In this document: positions 1 to 11,993 of the stretch, one piece after another
How the letters are laid out: every line of letters starts with the position of its first letter
Position numbering within the stretch: position 1 is the stretch's first letter
Assembly (NCBI GenBank): GCA_964016885.1
Contig: OZ024741.1
Span: forward strand, 13,950,001 to 14,014,000
From: Eledone cirrhosa
Taxonomy: Eukaryota
DNA: 64,000 bases
Reading direction: 5' to 3'
Position numbers and translations under genes: made by a program
Notes under the pieces: generated by a model
Database searches by the model: none
Told to the model about the DNA's origin: nothing
The model's input: the letters and a program-made list of their open reading frames with translations, nothing else

Positions 1-1233
1 AAGTTCTAGTTTGTAGGAAATAAAATAAGGCGGCGGTCCCTTCCGGGAAATGGCCATGCTCAGTGTGTAGGAAAGGCGTAGGTAGAAACTCCATTTTATG
101 TCCCAAATGCAAAGTATGGGTGCATAAAAGATGTAGTGGGATCACAGGTAAGCTAACTAAGAACTTAGATTTTACATGTGGGCGGTGCTCTGGTGCAATA
201 AGTAGCAGCGAGTGCCCACAAAATACTAACTCTTTCAATTGCGCAGAGGGCTCTATAGAAATAGTGGACAGCTTCCGTTACCTGGGTGACAAAATCAGCA
301 GTGGGGGAGGGTGCTCCGAAAGTACAGTAGCTAGAGTCAGAACTGGATGGAAAAAGTTCAGAGAGCTTATACCACTATTAGCCGCTAAAGGGTTCTCCCT
401 AAAAATGAAAGGCAGGCTGTATGATACCTGCATACGAACAGCAATGTTGCATGGCAGTGAGACCTGGGCATTGTGTGCAGAGGATATATGCAGACTAGAG
501 AGGAACGAAGCTTGCATGCTCCGCTGGATGTGTAATAGTAATATACGTGAACGGCAAAGCATAAACGAACTAAGGAAAAAATTAGAAATAAGAGGGATCA
601 GATGTTGTTTACTTGAGAGAAGGCTACGTTGGTACGGACACGTGATGCGCATGAAAGTCGATAGCTGTATAACAAAGTGCAGGGCAATAAAGATAGACGG
701 TAGCCACGGAATAGGCAGACCTAGAAAATCCTGGGACGAGCTGATAAATTCCGACCTCACACACTTACACCTCTCCAAGACACTGGACCGAGACCTTTGG
801 CGGTACTCAGTAATAGAGAAGACCCGCCTTACCTAAATACATAGTAAAACCTACTACAGCCAGTAGGCATCTCTAACAAAATACACCCCCGTCCCACCAC
901 CCACACCCCATCCACACCACCCCCTCCTATGTAAAGTTATGTTGGTGCCACAACATCCAGGCCGAAACAAATGGGATCGTGTAGGTGTCACGACAAAAAA
1001 AACACACAGTCCACGCTGTAATGTGGCCGTGTAGGCAACACGGTAAAAACCTCCCAGTCCCACACTGTAAATGTGGTTGGTGTTAGGAAGGGCATCCAAC
1101 TGTAGAAAACCTGCTAGACAGTCCTATGCGAGCAAGACAATCACTCTTGCCTCAAGTGGGAATACCCCCGTCCAAACCCATGCAAGCGTGGAACACCGAC
1201 GTTAAACGTTGATGATGATGATGATGATGATGA
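1..1233 (+). mobile_element. Non-LTR retrotransposon (LINE, RTE clade), 3' portion: end of ORF2, 3' UTR and (GAT)n tail; 5' part lies outside the window
   Basis: The translation has the RT thumb/C-terminal motifs typical of RTE ORF2 (IEIVDSFRYLG, YDTCIRTAMLHGSETW, RRLRWYGHVMR, GRPRKSW, DRDLWR). The 3' UTR contains GTGGTTGGTGTTAGGAAGGGCATCCAACTGTAGAAAACC and ends CCATGCAAGCGTGGAACACCGACGTTAAACGTT(GAT)n. A short tandem-repeat tail rather than poly(A) is characteristic of RTE. Confidence 0.9.
3..836 (+). pseudogene. Disabled C-terminal part of LINE ORF2 (reverse transcriptase thumb/C-terminal region with an inserted PHD-like Zn finger)
   Basis: The frame of ORF 63..836 extends upstream as VLVCRK*NKAAVPSGKWPCSVCRKG. 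The in-frame TAA at 21-23 separates it from the RT core, so GTG at 63 is not a real start. Confidence 0.8.
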
Positions 1234-1366
1234 TATATATATATAATTCGGATTCATATATAAATACACATACACTAAAATATGTGCTCATATTCGGAAT
1301 ATATTTGCCAGTTATATTTTCAATGTAATTCACAAAATAAATTTGTTATAAACATCAAATTCTGTT

Positions 1367-1425
1367 ACCCCTCCAGCCCATGCCAGCATTGAAAGCAGGC
1401 ATAAAATAATGATGATGATGATGAT
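1367..1425 (+). mobile_element. Severely 5'-truncated second RTE/SINE 3' tail
   Basis: CCCATGCCAGCATTGAAAGCAGGCATAAAATAAT(GAT)5 parallels the LINE terminus at 1177-1233 (CCCATGCAAGCGTGGAACACCGACGTTAAACGTT(GAT)n). Confidence 0.7.
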
Positions 1426-1520
1426 ACATACATCTCAATAGCTGAAATTAAAACCTTATGTTCATCATCAGTGTTGTAATGTCTGAAAAAATAATATATA
1501 TGTATCATAAATATGTAAGC

Positions 1521-1523
<3 letters not shown>

Positions 1524-1592
<69 letters not shown>

Positions 1593-1712
1593 CATATGTA
1601 AGCACATAAATATATATATATATATGCGTATCTATGTATGCATTATATATATATATGTGTGTGTGTGTGTGTGCATAAATATATATGCATTATATATATA
1701 TATATATATATA
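1524..1712. repeat. (TA)n microsatellite with adjoining (TG)n/(TA)n
   Basis: Pure TA run at about 1524-1590, followed by mixed TA/TG runs. Confidence 0.95.
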
Positions 1713-2142
1713 ATTTATATGCTAGTGTCTTGTTGGTTGTTCTCCCAGTGGTGTAGTTGACAACATCATAACTACACAATATAGACATTATCACATTGAA
1801 ACTAACAACACTATTAACTGGGGACAAATAAACATTATTAAAATAAACACACATTATTTACTGTTCAATTGTTTTTCTTCAAATATTCTGGATGGAATAT
1901 TATTTATTTTATTGTCTTATCAATATGTGAACTTTGTTAAATTTGTCTTCTATAGATTATTGTTATTGTTGTTGTTTTTGCTGGTGCTGTTGTTGTTGTT
2001 GTTGTTATTATTTTTATTATTATTTTCAATTTTCTCTGAAAATTAAAATAATTCCCTCTCTTTGTTTTATGGACTTTTAGTCTTTTCAAATTGTTCTTTG
2101 TGTGTTTATTTTAGGCATGTATATATTATGATGTGTATATTA

Positions 2143-2536
<394 letters not shown>

Positions 2537-2741
2537 ATGTTTATTACATATAGTAATAAACTAACCAAATGAGTCAGTTATTGAACTGGCTTGGGTTCAA
2601 ATCTACTTTCGTCTATGTGTGTATATGTGTATATGTGTGCATATGTGTGTATTTGTGCATGTATATGTATGCATATGTGTATGTACCTGTAACTGCTCGT
2701 GGAATTTTAGTGGGGCATTAGTGACATACTGCATTTCTTGG

Positions 2742-2975
2742 GTATATGCATGTATGTATAATGTATGTGTGTATATGCATGTATGTATAATGTCTGTATA
2801 TATAATGTATGTGTGTATATGCATGTATGTATAATGTCTGTATATATAATGTATGTGTGTATATGCATGTATGTATAATGTCTATACATAATGTATGTGT
2901 GTATATGCATGTATGTATAATGTCTGTATATATAATGTATGTGTGTATATGCATGTATGTATAATGTGTGTATAT
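2742..2975. repeat. About 44-bp minisatellite derived from TA/TG microsatellite (about 5 copies)
   Basis: GTATATGCATGTATGTATAATG recurs at 2742, 2771, 2815, 2859, 2901 and 2945 (spacing mostly 44). Confidence 0.85.
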
Positions 2976-3581
2976 AGAATATATGTGTGTATCTATACAA
3001 TTGTTGTAATGGCCTTTTACCCCTTATTTCAGTGCATTCGACCTATGTAACATTCATCTTTTCCATGATGCTTCAAATATTATTGCAATGCAAAATGTAA
3101 GTACCATACCACTTTCTCTTTCTATCTCAAACCAGATCCAATCCCCAACTTGCCAGTTCCTTCTTGTTCAGAACATCAACCCTTTCTGTTCATATCTTCC
3201 CAAAAGGGTGGTCTTGCAATAGTTTAACTGGAACAACAACAGCTTAAATCTCTCCAGTCTTTGAGGGTCTGTGAAAGCCATGGGTACTGCCCCTTCCTCC
3301 AGACTTACCAAATGGAAAATATAATCACTTCATTCAAATCATAGTGGGCCTACATATAGCGTGTTCAACTCCTAACCATGTCCACTCCCTCCCTATGATA
3401 TTAAAAATCCCTACATATATTCAAGACACCTATATTAAAATGACTATTCATGTCATAACATCAAGTTCTCTGGTAAGATGAGCCAGGAAAGCAATGACGG
3501 GATTAGAGTTTTCTCAGTTACTGTAGCTGATGTGGCTTCATGTGGAACAGAACTTTAATATGTTTACATTTAAAAAGAAAT

Positions 3582-3840
3582 GTGGTTAGAATATCACCAG
3601 AAAGAATTGCTGGACATATTTTAAGGGCCAAAAAAACCAACCAGCAGGAGGCCCAGTGGTAGACCCCAAGCAAGATTTGGATAACATCCATGAGTTTGGC
3701 TGGTCACGTTTGGGGATCCAGCCAGATCAATTGGAGACAGTTGCTTCTAACATGACTTGCTGGAAGAAGTGTTTCAGGACTGTACCCCAACCCTAACCCT
3801 AACCTTCTCAGGAATAAGTGGACAGAGAAGAAGAAAAAGA
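3582..3840 (+). mobile_element. Degenerate 3' end of a different RTE-clade LINE (Expander/Rex3-like), frameshifted
   Basis: Manual translation across two frameshifts gives VVRISPERIAGHILRAK/PTSRRPSGRPQAR/LDNIHEFGWSRLGIQPDQLETVASNMTCWKKCFRTVPQP*. This fits the RTE C-terminal pattern R-P-x-G-R-P-x-x-R-W...W-x-R-L-G-I, and is followed by a very short UTR and an (AGA)n-like tail. Confidence 0.7.
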
Positions 3841-3990
3841 CAACTATTGTTATTATTGAAGAAGACAATTTTTAATAGAATTATGTTTCCCTGCAATGTA
3901 TGTTTAAAAATTTGTAAGATACAGGTCTACTCTAGTAAAGTTTTGATTATTGAGGTGTTTGTATGGAAATACTAATACCTCAGTTTCATT

Positions 3991-4009
3991 GGCTAACATT
4001 CATTTGTAG
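3991..4009 (+). promoter_or_regulatory. Candidate 3' splice site: branch point plus acceptor
   Basis: GGCTAACATTCATTTGTAG|G: CTAAC branch consensus at 3993-3997, a short T-rich tract, and TAG|G at 4007-4010, 11 nt before the 27-bp array. Confidence 0.5.
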
Positions 4010-7000
4010 GTACTACCTATGATGATGATTGTAATGACCATAACATAGGTGGTGGTTGTAATGATCATAACATAGGTGGTGGTTGTAATGATCATGACAT
4101 AGGTGGTGGTTGTAATGACAATAACATAGGTGGTGGTTGTAATGATCATGACATAGGTGGTGGCTGTAATGACCATAACATAGGTGGTGGTTGTAATGAT
4201 CATAACATGGGTGGTGGTTGTAATGATCATGACATAGGTGGTGGCTGTAATGACCATAACATAGGTGGTGGTTGTAATGATCATAACATGGGTGGTGGTT
4301 GTAATGATCATCACAGAGGTGGTGGCTGTAATGACCATAACATAGGTGGTGGTTGTAATGATCATAACATGGGTGGTGGTTGTAATGATCATGACATAGG
4401 TGGTGGTTGTAATGATCATAACATAGGTGGTGGCTGTAATGATCATGACATGAGTGGTGGTTGTAATGACCATAACATAGGTGGTGGTTGTAATGACCAT
4501 AACATAGGTGGTGGCTGTAATGATCATGACATAGGTGGTGGTTGTAATGATCATGACATAGGTGGTGGTTGTAATGATCATGACATGAGTGGTGGTTGTA
4601 ATGACCATAACATAGGTGGTGGCTGTAATGATCATGACATAGGTGGTGGTTGTAATGATCATAACATAGGTGGTGGTTGTAATGATCATGACATGAGTGG
4701 TGGTTGTAATGACCATAACATAGGTGGTGGCTGTAATGATCATGACATAGGTGGTGGTTGTAATGACCATAACATAGGTGGTGGTTGTAATGACCATAAC
4801 ATAGGTGGTGGTTGTAATGACCATAACATAGGTGGTGGTTGTAATGATCATAACATAGGTGGTGGTTGTAATGACCATAACATAGGTGGTGGTTGTAATG
4901 ATCATAACATAGGTGATGGTTGTAATGACCATAACATAGGTGGTGGTTGTAATGATCATGACATAAGTGGTGGTTGTAATAACCATAACATAGGTGGTGG
5001 TTGTAATGATCATAACATAGGTGGTGGTTGTAATGATCATAACATAGGTGGTGGCTGTAATGATCATAACATAGGTGGTGGCTGTAATGATCATAACATA
5101 GGTGGTGGTTGTAATGATCATAACATAGGTGGTGGCTGTAATGATCATAACATAAGTGGTGGTTGTAATGATCATAACATAGGTGGTGGTTGTAATGATC
5201 ATAACATAAGTGGTGGTTGTAATGATCATGACATAGGTGGTGGTTGTAATGATCATAACATAAGTGGTGGTTGTAATGATCATGACATAGGTGGTGGTTG
5301 TAATGATCATGACATAGGTGGTGGCTGTAATGATCATGACATAGGTGGTGGTTGTAATGATCATGACATGAGTGGTGGTTGTAATGATCATGACATGGGT
5401 GGTGGTTGTAATGATCATGACATAGGTGGTGGTTGTAATGATCATGACATGGGTGGTGGTTGTAATGATCATGACATAGGTGGTGGTTGTAATGACCATA
5501 ACATAGGTGGTGGTTGTAATGATCATGACATAGGTGGTGGTTGTAATGACCATAACATAAGTGGTGGTTGTAATGACCATAACATTGGTGGTGGTTGTAA
5601 TGATCATAACATGGGTGGTGGTTGTAATGATCATAACATAGGTGGTGGTTGTAATGATCATGACATGGGTGGTTGTTGTAATGATCATGACACGAGTGGT
5701 GGTTGTAATGATCATGACATAGGTGGTGGTTGTAATAACCATAACATAGGTGGTGGTTGTAATGACCATAACATAGGTGGTGGTTGTAATGACCATAACA
5801 TAGGTGGTGGTTGTAATGATCATGACATGAGTGGTGGTTGTAATGACCATAACATAGGTGGTGATTGTAATGATCATAACAGAGGTGGTGGTTGTAATGA
5901 TCATGACATAGGTGGTGGTTGTAATGACCATAACATAGGTGGTGGTTGTAATGATCATAACATAGGTGGTGGTTGTAATGATCATGACATAGGTGGTGGT
6001 TGTAATGACCATGACATAGGTGGTGGTTGTAATGACCATAACATAGGTGGTGGTTGTAATGACCATAACATAGGTGGTGGTTGTAATGACCATAACATAA
6101 GTGGTGGTTGTAATGACCATAACATAGGTGGTGGTTGTAATGACCATAACATAGGTGGTGGTTGTAATGACCATAACATAGGTGATGGTTGTAATGATCA
6201 TGAGATAGGTGGTGGTTGTAATGATCGTACCATAGGTGGTGGTTGTAATGACCATAACATAGGTGGTGGTTGTAATAACCATAACATAGGTGGTGGTTGT
6301 AATGATCATAACATAGGTGGTGGTTGTAATGACCATAACATAAGTGGTGGTTGTAATGACCATAACATAGGTGGTGCTTGTAATGATCATAACATAGGTG
6401 GTGGTTGTAATGACCATAACATAGGTGGTGGTTGTAATGATCATAACATAGGTGGTGGTTGTAATGACCATAACATAGGTGGTGGTTGTAATGACCATAA
6501 CATAGGTGGTGGTTGTAATGATCATAACATAGGTGGTGGTTGTAATGACCATAACATAGGTGGTGGTTGTAATGACCATAACATAAGTGGTGGTTGTAAT
6601 GACCATAACATAGGTGGTGGTTGTAATGACCATAACATAGGTGGTGGTTGTAATGACCATAACATAGGTGGTGGTTGTAATGATCATAACATAGGTGGTG
6701 GTTGTAATGACCATAACATAGGTGGTGGTTGTAATGACCATAACATAGGTGGTGGTTGTAATGACCATAACATAGGTGGTGGTTGTAATGATCATGAGAT
6801 AGGTGGTGGTTGTAATGTTCGTAACATAGGTGGTGGTTGTAATGACCATAACATAGGTGGTGGTTGTAATGATCATAACATGGGTGGTGGTTGTAATGAT
6901 CATAACATAGGTGGTGGCTGTAATGATCATGACATGAGTGGTGGTTGTAATGACCATAACATAGGTGGTGGTTGTAATGACCATAACATAGGTGGTGGCT

Positions 7001-10000
7001 GTAATGATCATGACATAGGTGGTGGTTGCAATGATCATGACATAGGTGGTGGTTGTAATGATCATGACATGAGTGGTGGTTGTAATGACCATAACATAGG
7101 TGGTGGCTGTAATGATCATGACATAGGTGGTGGTTGTAATGATCATGACATAGGTGGTGGTTGTAATGATCATGACATGAGTGGTGGTTGTAATGACCAT
7201 AACATAGGTGGTGGTTGTAATGACCATAACATAGGTGGTGGCTGTAATGATCATGACATGAGTGGTGGTTGTAATGACCATAACATAGGTGGTGGTTGTA
7301 ATGACCATAACATAGGTGGTGGTTGTAATGATCATGACATAGGTGGTGGTTGTAATGATCATAACATAGGTGGTGGTTGTAATGATCATGACATGAGTGG
7401 TGGTTGTAATGACCATAACATAGGTGGTGGCTGTAATGATCATGACATAGGTGGTGGTTGTAATGATCATGACATAGGTGGTGGTTGTAATGACCATAAC
7501 ATAGGTGGTGGTTGTAATGACCATAACATAGGTGGTGGTTGTAATGGTCATAACATAGGTGGTGGTTGTAATGACCATAACATAGGTGGTGGTTGTAATG
7601 ATCATAACATAGGTGGTGGTTGTAATGACCATAACATAGGTGGTGGTTGTAATGATCATAACATAGGTGATGGTTGTAATGACCATAACATAGGTGGTGG
7701 TTGTAATGATCATGACATAAGTGGTGGTTGTAATAACCATAACATAGGTGGTGGTTGTAATGATCATAACATAGGTGGTGGTTGTAATGATCATAACATA
7801 GGTGGTGGCTGTAATGATCATAACATAGGTGGTGGCTGTAATGATCATAACATAGGTGGTGGTTGTAATGATCATAACATAGGTGGTGGCTGTAATGATC
7901 ATAACATAAGTGGTGGTTGTAATGATCATAACATAGGTGGTGGTTGTAATGATCATGACATAGGTGGTGGCTGTAATGATCATGACATAGGTGGTGGTTG
8001 TAATGATCATGACATAGGTGGTGGTTGTAATGATCATGACATGGGTGGTGGTTGTAATGATCATGACATAGGTGGTGGTTGTAATGATCATGACATGGGT
8101 GGTGGTTGTAATGATCATAACATAGGTGGTGGTTGTAATGACCATAACATAGGTGGTGGTTGTAATGACCATAACATAGGTGGTGGTTGTAATGACCATA
8201 ACATAGGTGGTGGTTGTAATGATCATGACATAGGTGGTGGTTGTAATGACCATAACATAGGTGGTGGTTGTAATGATCATGACATAGGTGGTGGTTGTAA
8301 TGACCATAACATAAGTGGTGGTTGTAATGACCATAACATTGGTGGTGGTTGTAATGATCATAACATGGGTGGTGGTTGTAATGATCATAACATAGGTGGT
8401 GGTTGTAATGATCATGACATGGGTGGTGGTTGTAATGATCATGACACGAGTGGTGGTTGTAATGATCATGACATAGGTGGTGGTTGTAATAACCATAACA
8501 TAGGTGGTGGTTGTAATGACCATAACATAGGTGGTGGTTGTAATGACCATAACATAGGTGGTGGTTGTAATGATCATGACATGAGTGGTGGTTGTAATGA
8601 TCATGACATAGGTGGTGGTTGTAATGACCATAACATAGGTGGTGATTGTAATGATCATAACAGAGGTGGTGGTTGTAATGATCATGACATAGGTGGTGGT
8701 TGTAATGACCATAACATAGGTGGTGGTTGTAATGATCATAACATAGGTGGTGGTTGTAATGATCATGACATAGGTGGTGGTTGTAATGACCATAACATAG
8801 GTGGTGGTTGTAATGACCATAACATAGGTGGTGGTTGTAATGACCATAACATAGGTGGTGGTTGTAATGACCATGACATAGGTGGTGGTTGTAATGATCA
8901 TAACATAGGTGGTGGTTGTAATGACCATAACATAGGTGGTGGTTGTAATGACCATAACATAGGTGGTGGTTGTAATGACCATGACATAGGTGGTGGTTGT
9001 AATGACCATAACATAGGTGGTGGTTGTAATGACCATAACATAGGTGGTGGTTGTAATGACCATAACATAAGTGGTGGTTGTAATGACCATAACATAGGTG
9101 GTGGTTGTAATGACCATAACATAGGTGGTGGTTGTAATGACCATAACATAGGTGATGGTTGTAATGATCATGAGATAGGTGGTGGTTGTAATGATCGTAC
9201 CATAGGTGGTGGTTGTAATGACCATAACATAGGTGGTGGTTGTAATAACCATAACATAGGTGGTGGTTGTAATGATCATAACATAGGTGGTGGTTGTAAT
9301 GACCATAACATAAGTGGTGGTTGTAATGACCATAACATAGGTGGTGCTTGTAATGATCATAACATAGGTGGTGGTTGTAATGACCATAACATAGGTGGTG
9401 GTTGTAATGATCATAACATAGGTGGTGGTTGTAATGACCATAACATAGGTGGTGGTTGTAATGACCATAACATAGGTGGTGGTTGTAATGATCATAACAT
9501 AGGTGGTGGTTGTAATGACCATAACATAGGTGGTGGTTGTAATGACCATAACATAAGTGGTGGTTGTAATGACCATAACATAGGTGGTGGTTGTAATGAC
9601 CATAACATAGGTGGTGGTTGTAATGACCATAACATAGGTGGTGGTTGTAATGATCATAACATAGGTGGTGGTTGTAATGACCATAACATAGGTGGTGGTT
9701 GTAATGACCATAACATAGGTGGTGGTTGTAATGACCATAACATAGGTGGTGGTTGTAATGATCATGAGATAGGTGGTGGTTGTAATGTTCGTAACATAGC
9801 TGGTGGTTGTAATGACCATAACATAGGTGGTGGTTGTAATGATCATAACATAGGTGGTGGTTGTAATGACCATAACATAGGTGGTGGTTGTAATGACCAT
9901 AACATAGGTGGTGGTTGTAATAACCATAACATAGGTGGTGGTTGTAATGATCATAACATAGGTGGTGGTTGTAATGACCATAACATAGGTGGTGGTTGTA

Positions 10001-11709
10001 ATGACCATAACATAGGTGGTGGTTGTAATGATCATGACATGAGTGGTGGTTGTAATGACCATGACATAGGTGGTGGTTGTAATGACCATAACATAGGTGG
10101 TGGTTGTAATGACCATAACATAGGTGGTGGTTGTAATGATCATAACATAGGTGGTGGTTGTAATGACCATAACATAGGTGGTGGTTGTAATGACCATAAC
10201 ATAGGTGGTGGTTGTAATGACCATAACATAGGTGGTGGTTGTAATGATCATGAGATAGGTGGTGGTTGTAATGATCGTAACATAGGTGGTGGTTGTAATG
10301 ACCATAACATAGGTGGTGGTTGTAATGATCATGACATAGGTGGTGATTGTAATGATCATGACATGAGTGGTGGTTGTAATGACCATGACATAGGTGGTGG
10401 TTGTAATGATCATAACATAGGTGGTGGTTGTAATGACCATAACATAGGTGGTGGTTGTAATGATCATAACATAGGTGGTGGTTGTAATGATCATGACATA
10501 AGTGGTGGTTGTAATAACCATAACATAGGTGGTGGTTGTAATGATCATAACATAGGTGGTGGTTGTAATGACCATAACATAGGTGGTGGTTGTAATGACC
10601 ATAACATAGGTGGTGGTTGTAATGATCATAACATAGGTGGTGGTTGTAATGACCATAACATAGGTGGTGGTTGTAATGATCATGACATAGGTGGTGGTTG
10701 TAATGATCATAACATAGGTGGTGGTTGTAATGATCATAACATAGGTGGTGGTTGTAATGATCATAACATAGGTGGTGGTTGTAATAACCATGACATAGGA
10801 GGTGGTTGTAATGATCATGACATGGGTGGTGGTTGTAATGATCATAACATAGGTGGTGGTTGTAATGATCATGACATAGGTGGTGGTTGTAATGATCATG
10901 ACATAGGTGGTGGTTGTAATGATCATAACATGGGTGGTGGTTGTAAGGATCATGACATAGGTGGTGGTTGTAATGACCATAACATGGGTGGTGGTTGTAA
11001 TGATCATAACATAGGTGGTGGTTGTAATGATCATGACATAGGTGGTGGTTGTAATGACCATAACATAGGTGGTGGTTGTAATGACCATAACATAGGTGGT
11101 GGTTGTAATGACCATAACATAGGTGGTGGTTGTAATGACCATAACATAGGTGGTGGTTGTAATGACCATAACATAGGTGGTGGTTGTAATGATCATGACA
11201 TAGGTGGTGGTTGTAATGACCATAACATAGGTGGTGGTTGTAATGATCATGACATAGGTGGTGGTTGTAATGACCATAACATAGGTGGTGGTTGTAATGA
11301 CCATAACATAGGTGGTGGTTGTAATGACCATAACATAGGTGGTGGTTGTAATGACCATAACATAGGTGGTGGTTGTAATGACCATAACATAGGTGGTGGT
11401 TGTAATGATCATGACATAGGTGGTGGTTGTAATGACCATAACATAGGTGGTGGTTGTAATGATCATGACATAGGTGGTGGTTGTAATGACCATAACATAG
11501 GTGGTGGTTGTAATGACCATAACATAGGTGGTGGTTGTAATGATCATGACATAGGTGGTGGTTGTAATGATCATGACATAGGTGGTGGTTGTAATGACCA
11601 TAGCTTCGCTGATGATTGGAATGATCCAGCCATGACTACCCTGTCTTTTAGTCAGAAACTCACTATCAAGGTTTTCCCTTATTTTTTGAAACAGTATAGT
11701 GTGATTTGA
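4010..11709 (+). CDS. Putative giant repeat exon encoding (x)TTYDDDCNDHNI-(GGGCNDH[N/D][I/M])~280-SFADDWNDPAMTTLSFSQKLTIK; Cys/His/Asp/Gly nonapeptide-repeat protein of unknown function
   Basis: The frame is open from the acceptor (phase 1) through the whole array to TGA at 11707-11709. Possible weak donors lie at 11651 (TTTA|GTCAGA) and 11671 (AAG|GTTTTC). There are no indels or stops in 7.6 kb. Caveat: a homogenised 27-bp array with a stop-free unit would be open even if non-coding. Confidence 0.3.
4021..11601. repeat. 27-bp tandem array, consensus ATAGGTGGTGGTTGTAATGA(T/C)CAT(A/G)AC, about 280 copies
   Basis: Directly visible; 7581 bp / 27 is about 281. Substitution variants only. Confidence 0.98.
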
Positions 11710-11936
11710 TGGAGATTTAGCTGTTATTTCTAACAGGTTGAGTGACCATATAGAGAAATTACTGGTTATGTGGTATAGTTGCTGTATTGGAGGGAGTTGT
11801 AGTGGAGGTGGTGATGATAACATAATGATGTAGTTTATGTGGTAGTGTATGGTGATAGTGATGGTTGTTGGCGAGTGATAATGTAGTAGCATTGTTTGTG
11901 GTAATGTTTGATTGTGTTGGTGGTTGTAATAGTGCT

Positions 11937-11993
11937 GTAGCAGTAGTAGTAGTAGTAGTACTAGTAGTAGTAGTAGCAGTAATAGTAGTAGTA
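11937..11993. repeat. (GTA)n trinucleotide microsatellite, preceded by degenerate GT-rich low-complexity sequence (about 11780-11936)
   Basis: GTAGCAGTAGTAGTAGTA... Confidence 0.9.

Noticed and set aside
278-1099. Minus-strand ORFs 278..778 and 854..1099
   Set aside because: They are antisense shadows of the LINE ORF2 and 3' UTR.
3183-3345. FLFISSQKGGLAIV* resembling the 'GGLG' motif of LINE RT C-termini
   Set aside because: A single short motif followed by a stop, with no other supporting motif recognisable; it needs BLASTx.
3789-3804. AACCCTAACCCTAACC as an interstitial telomere
   Set aside because: Only two CCCTAA units, lying at the stop codon of the degenerate RTE fragment.
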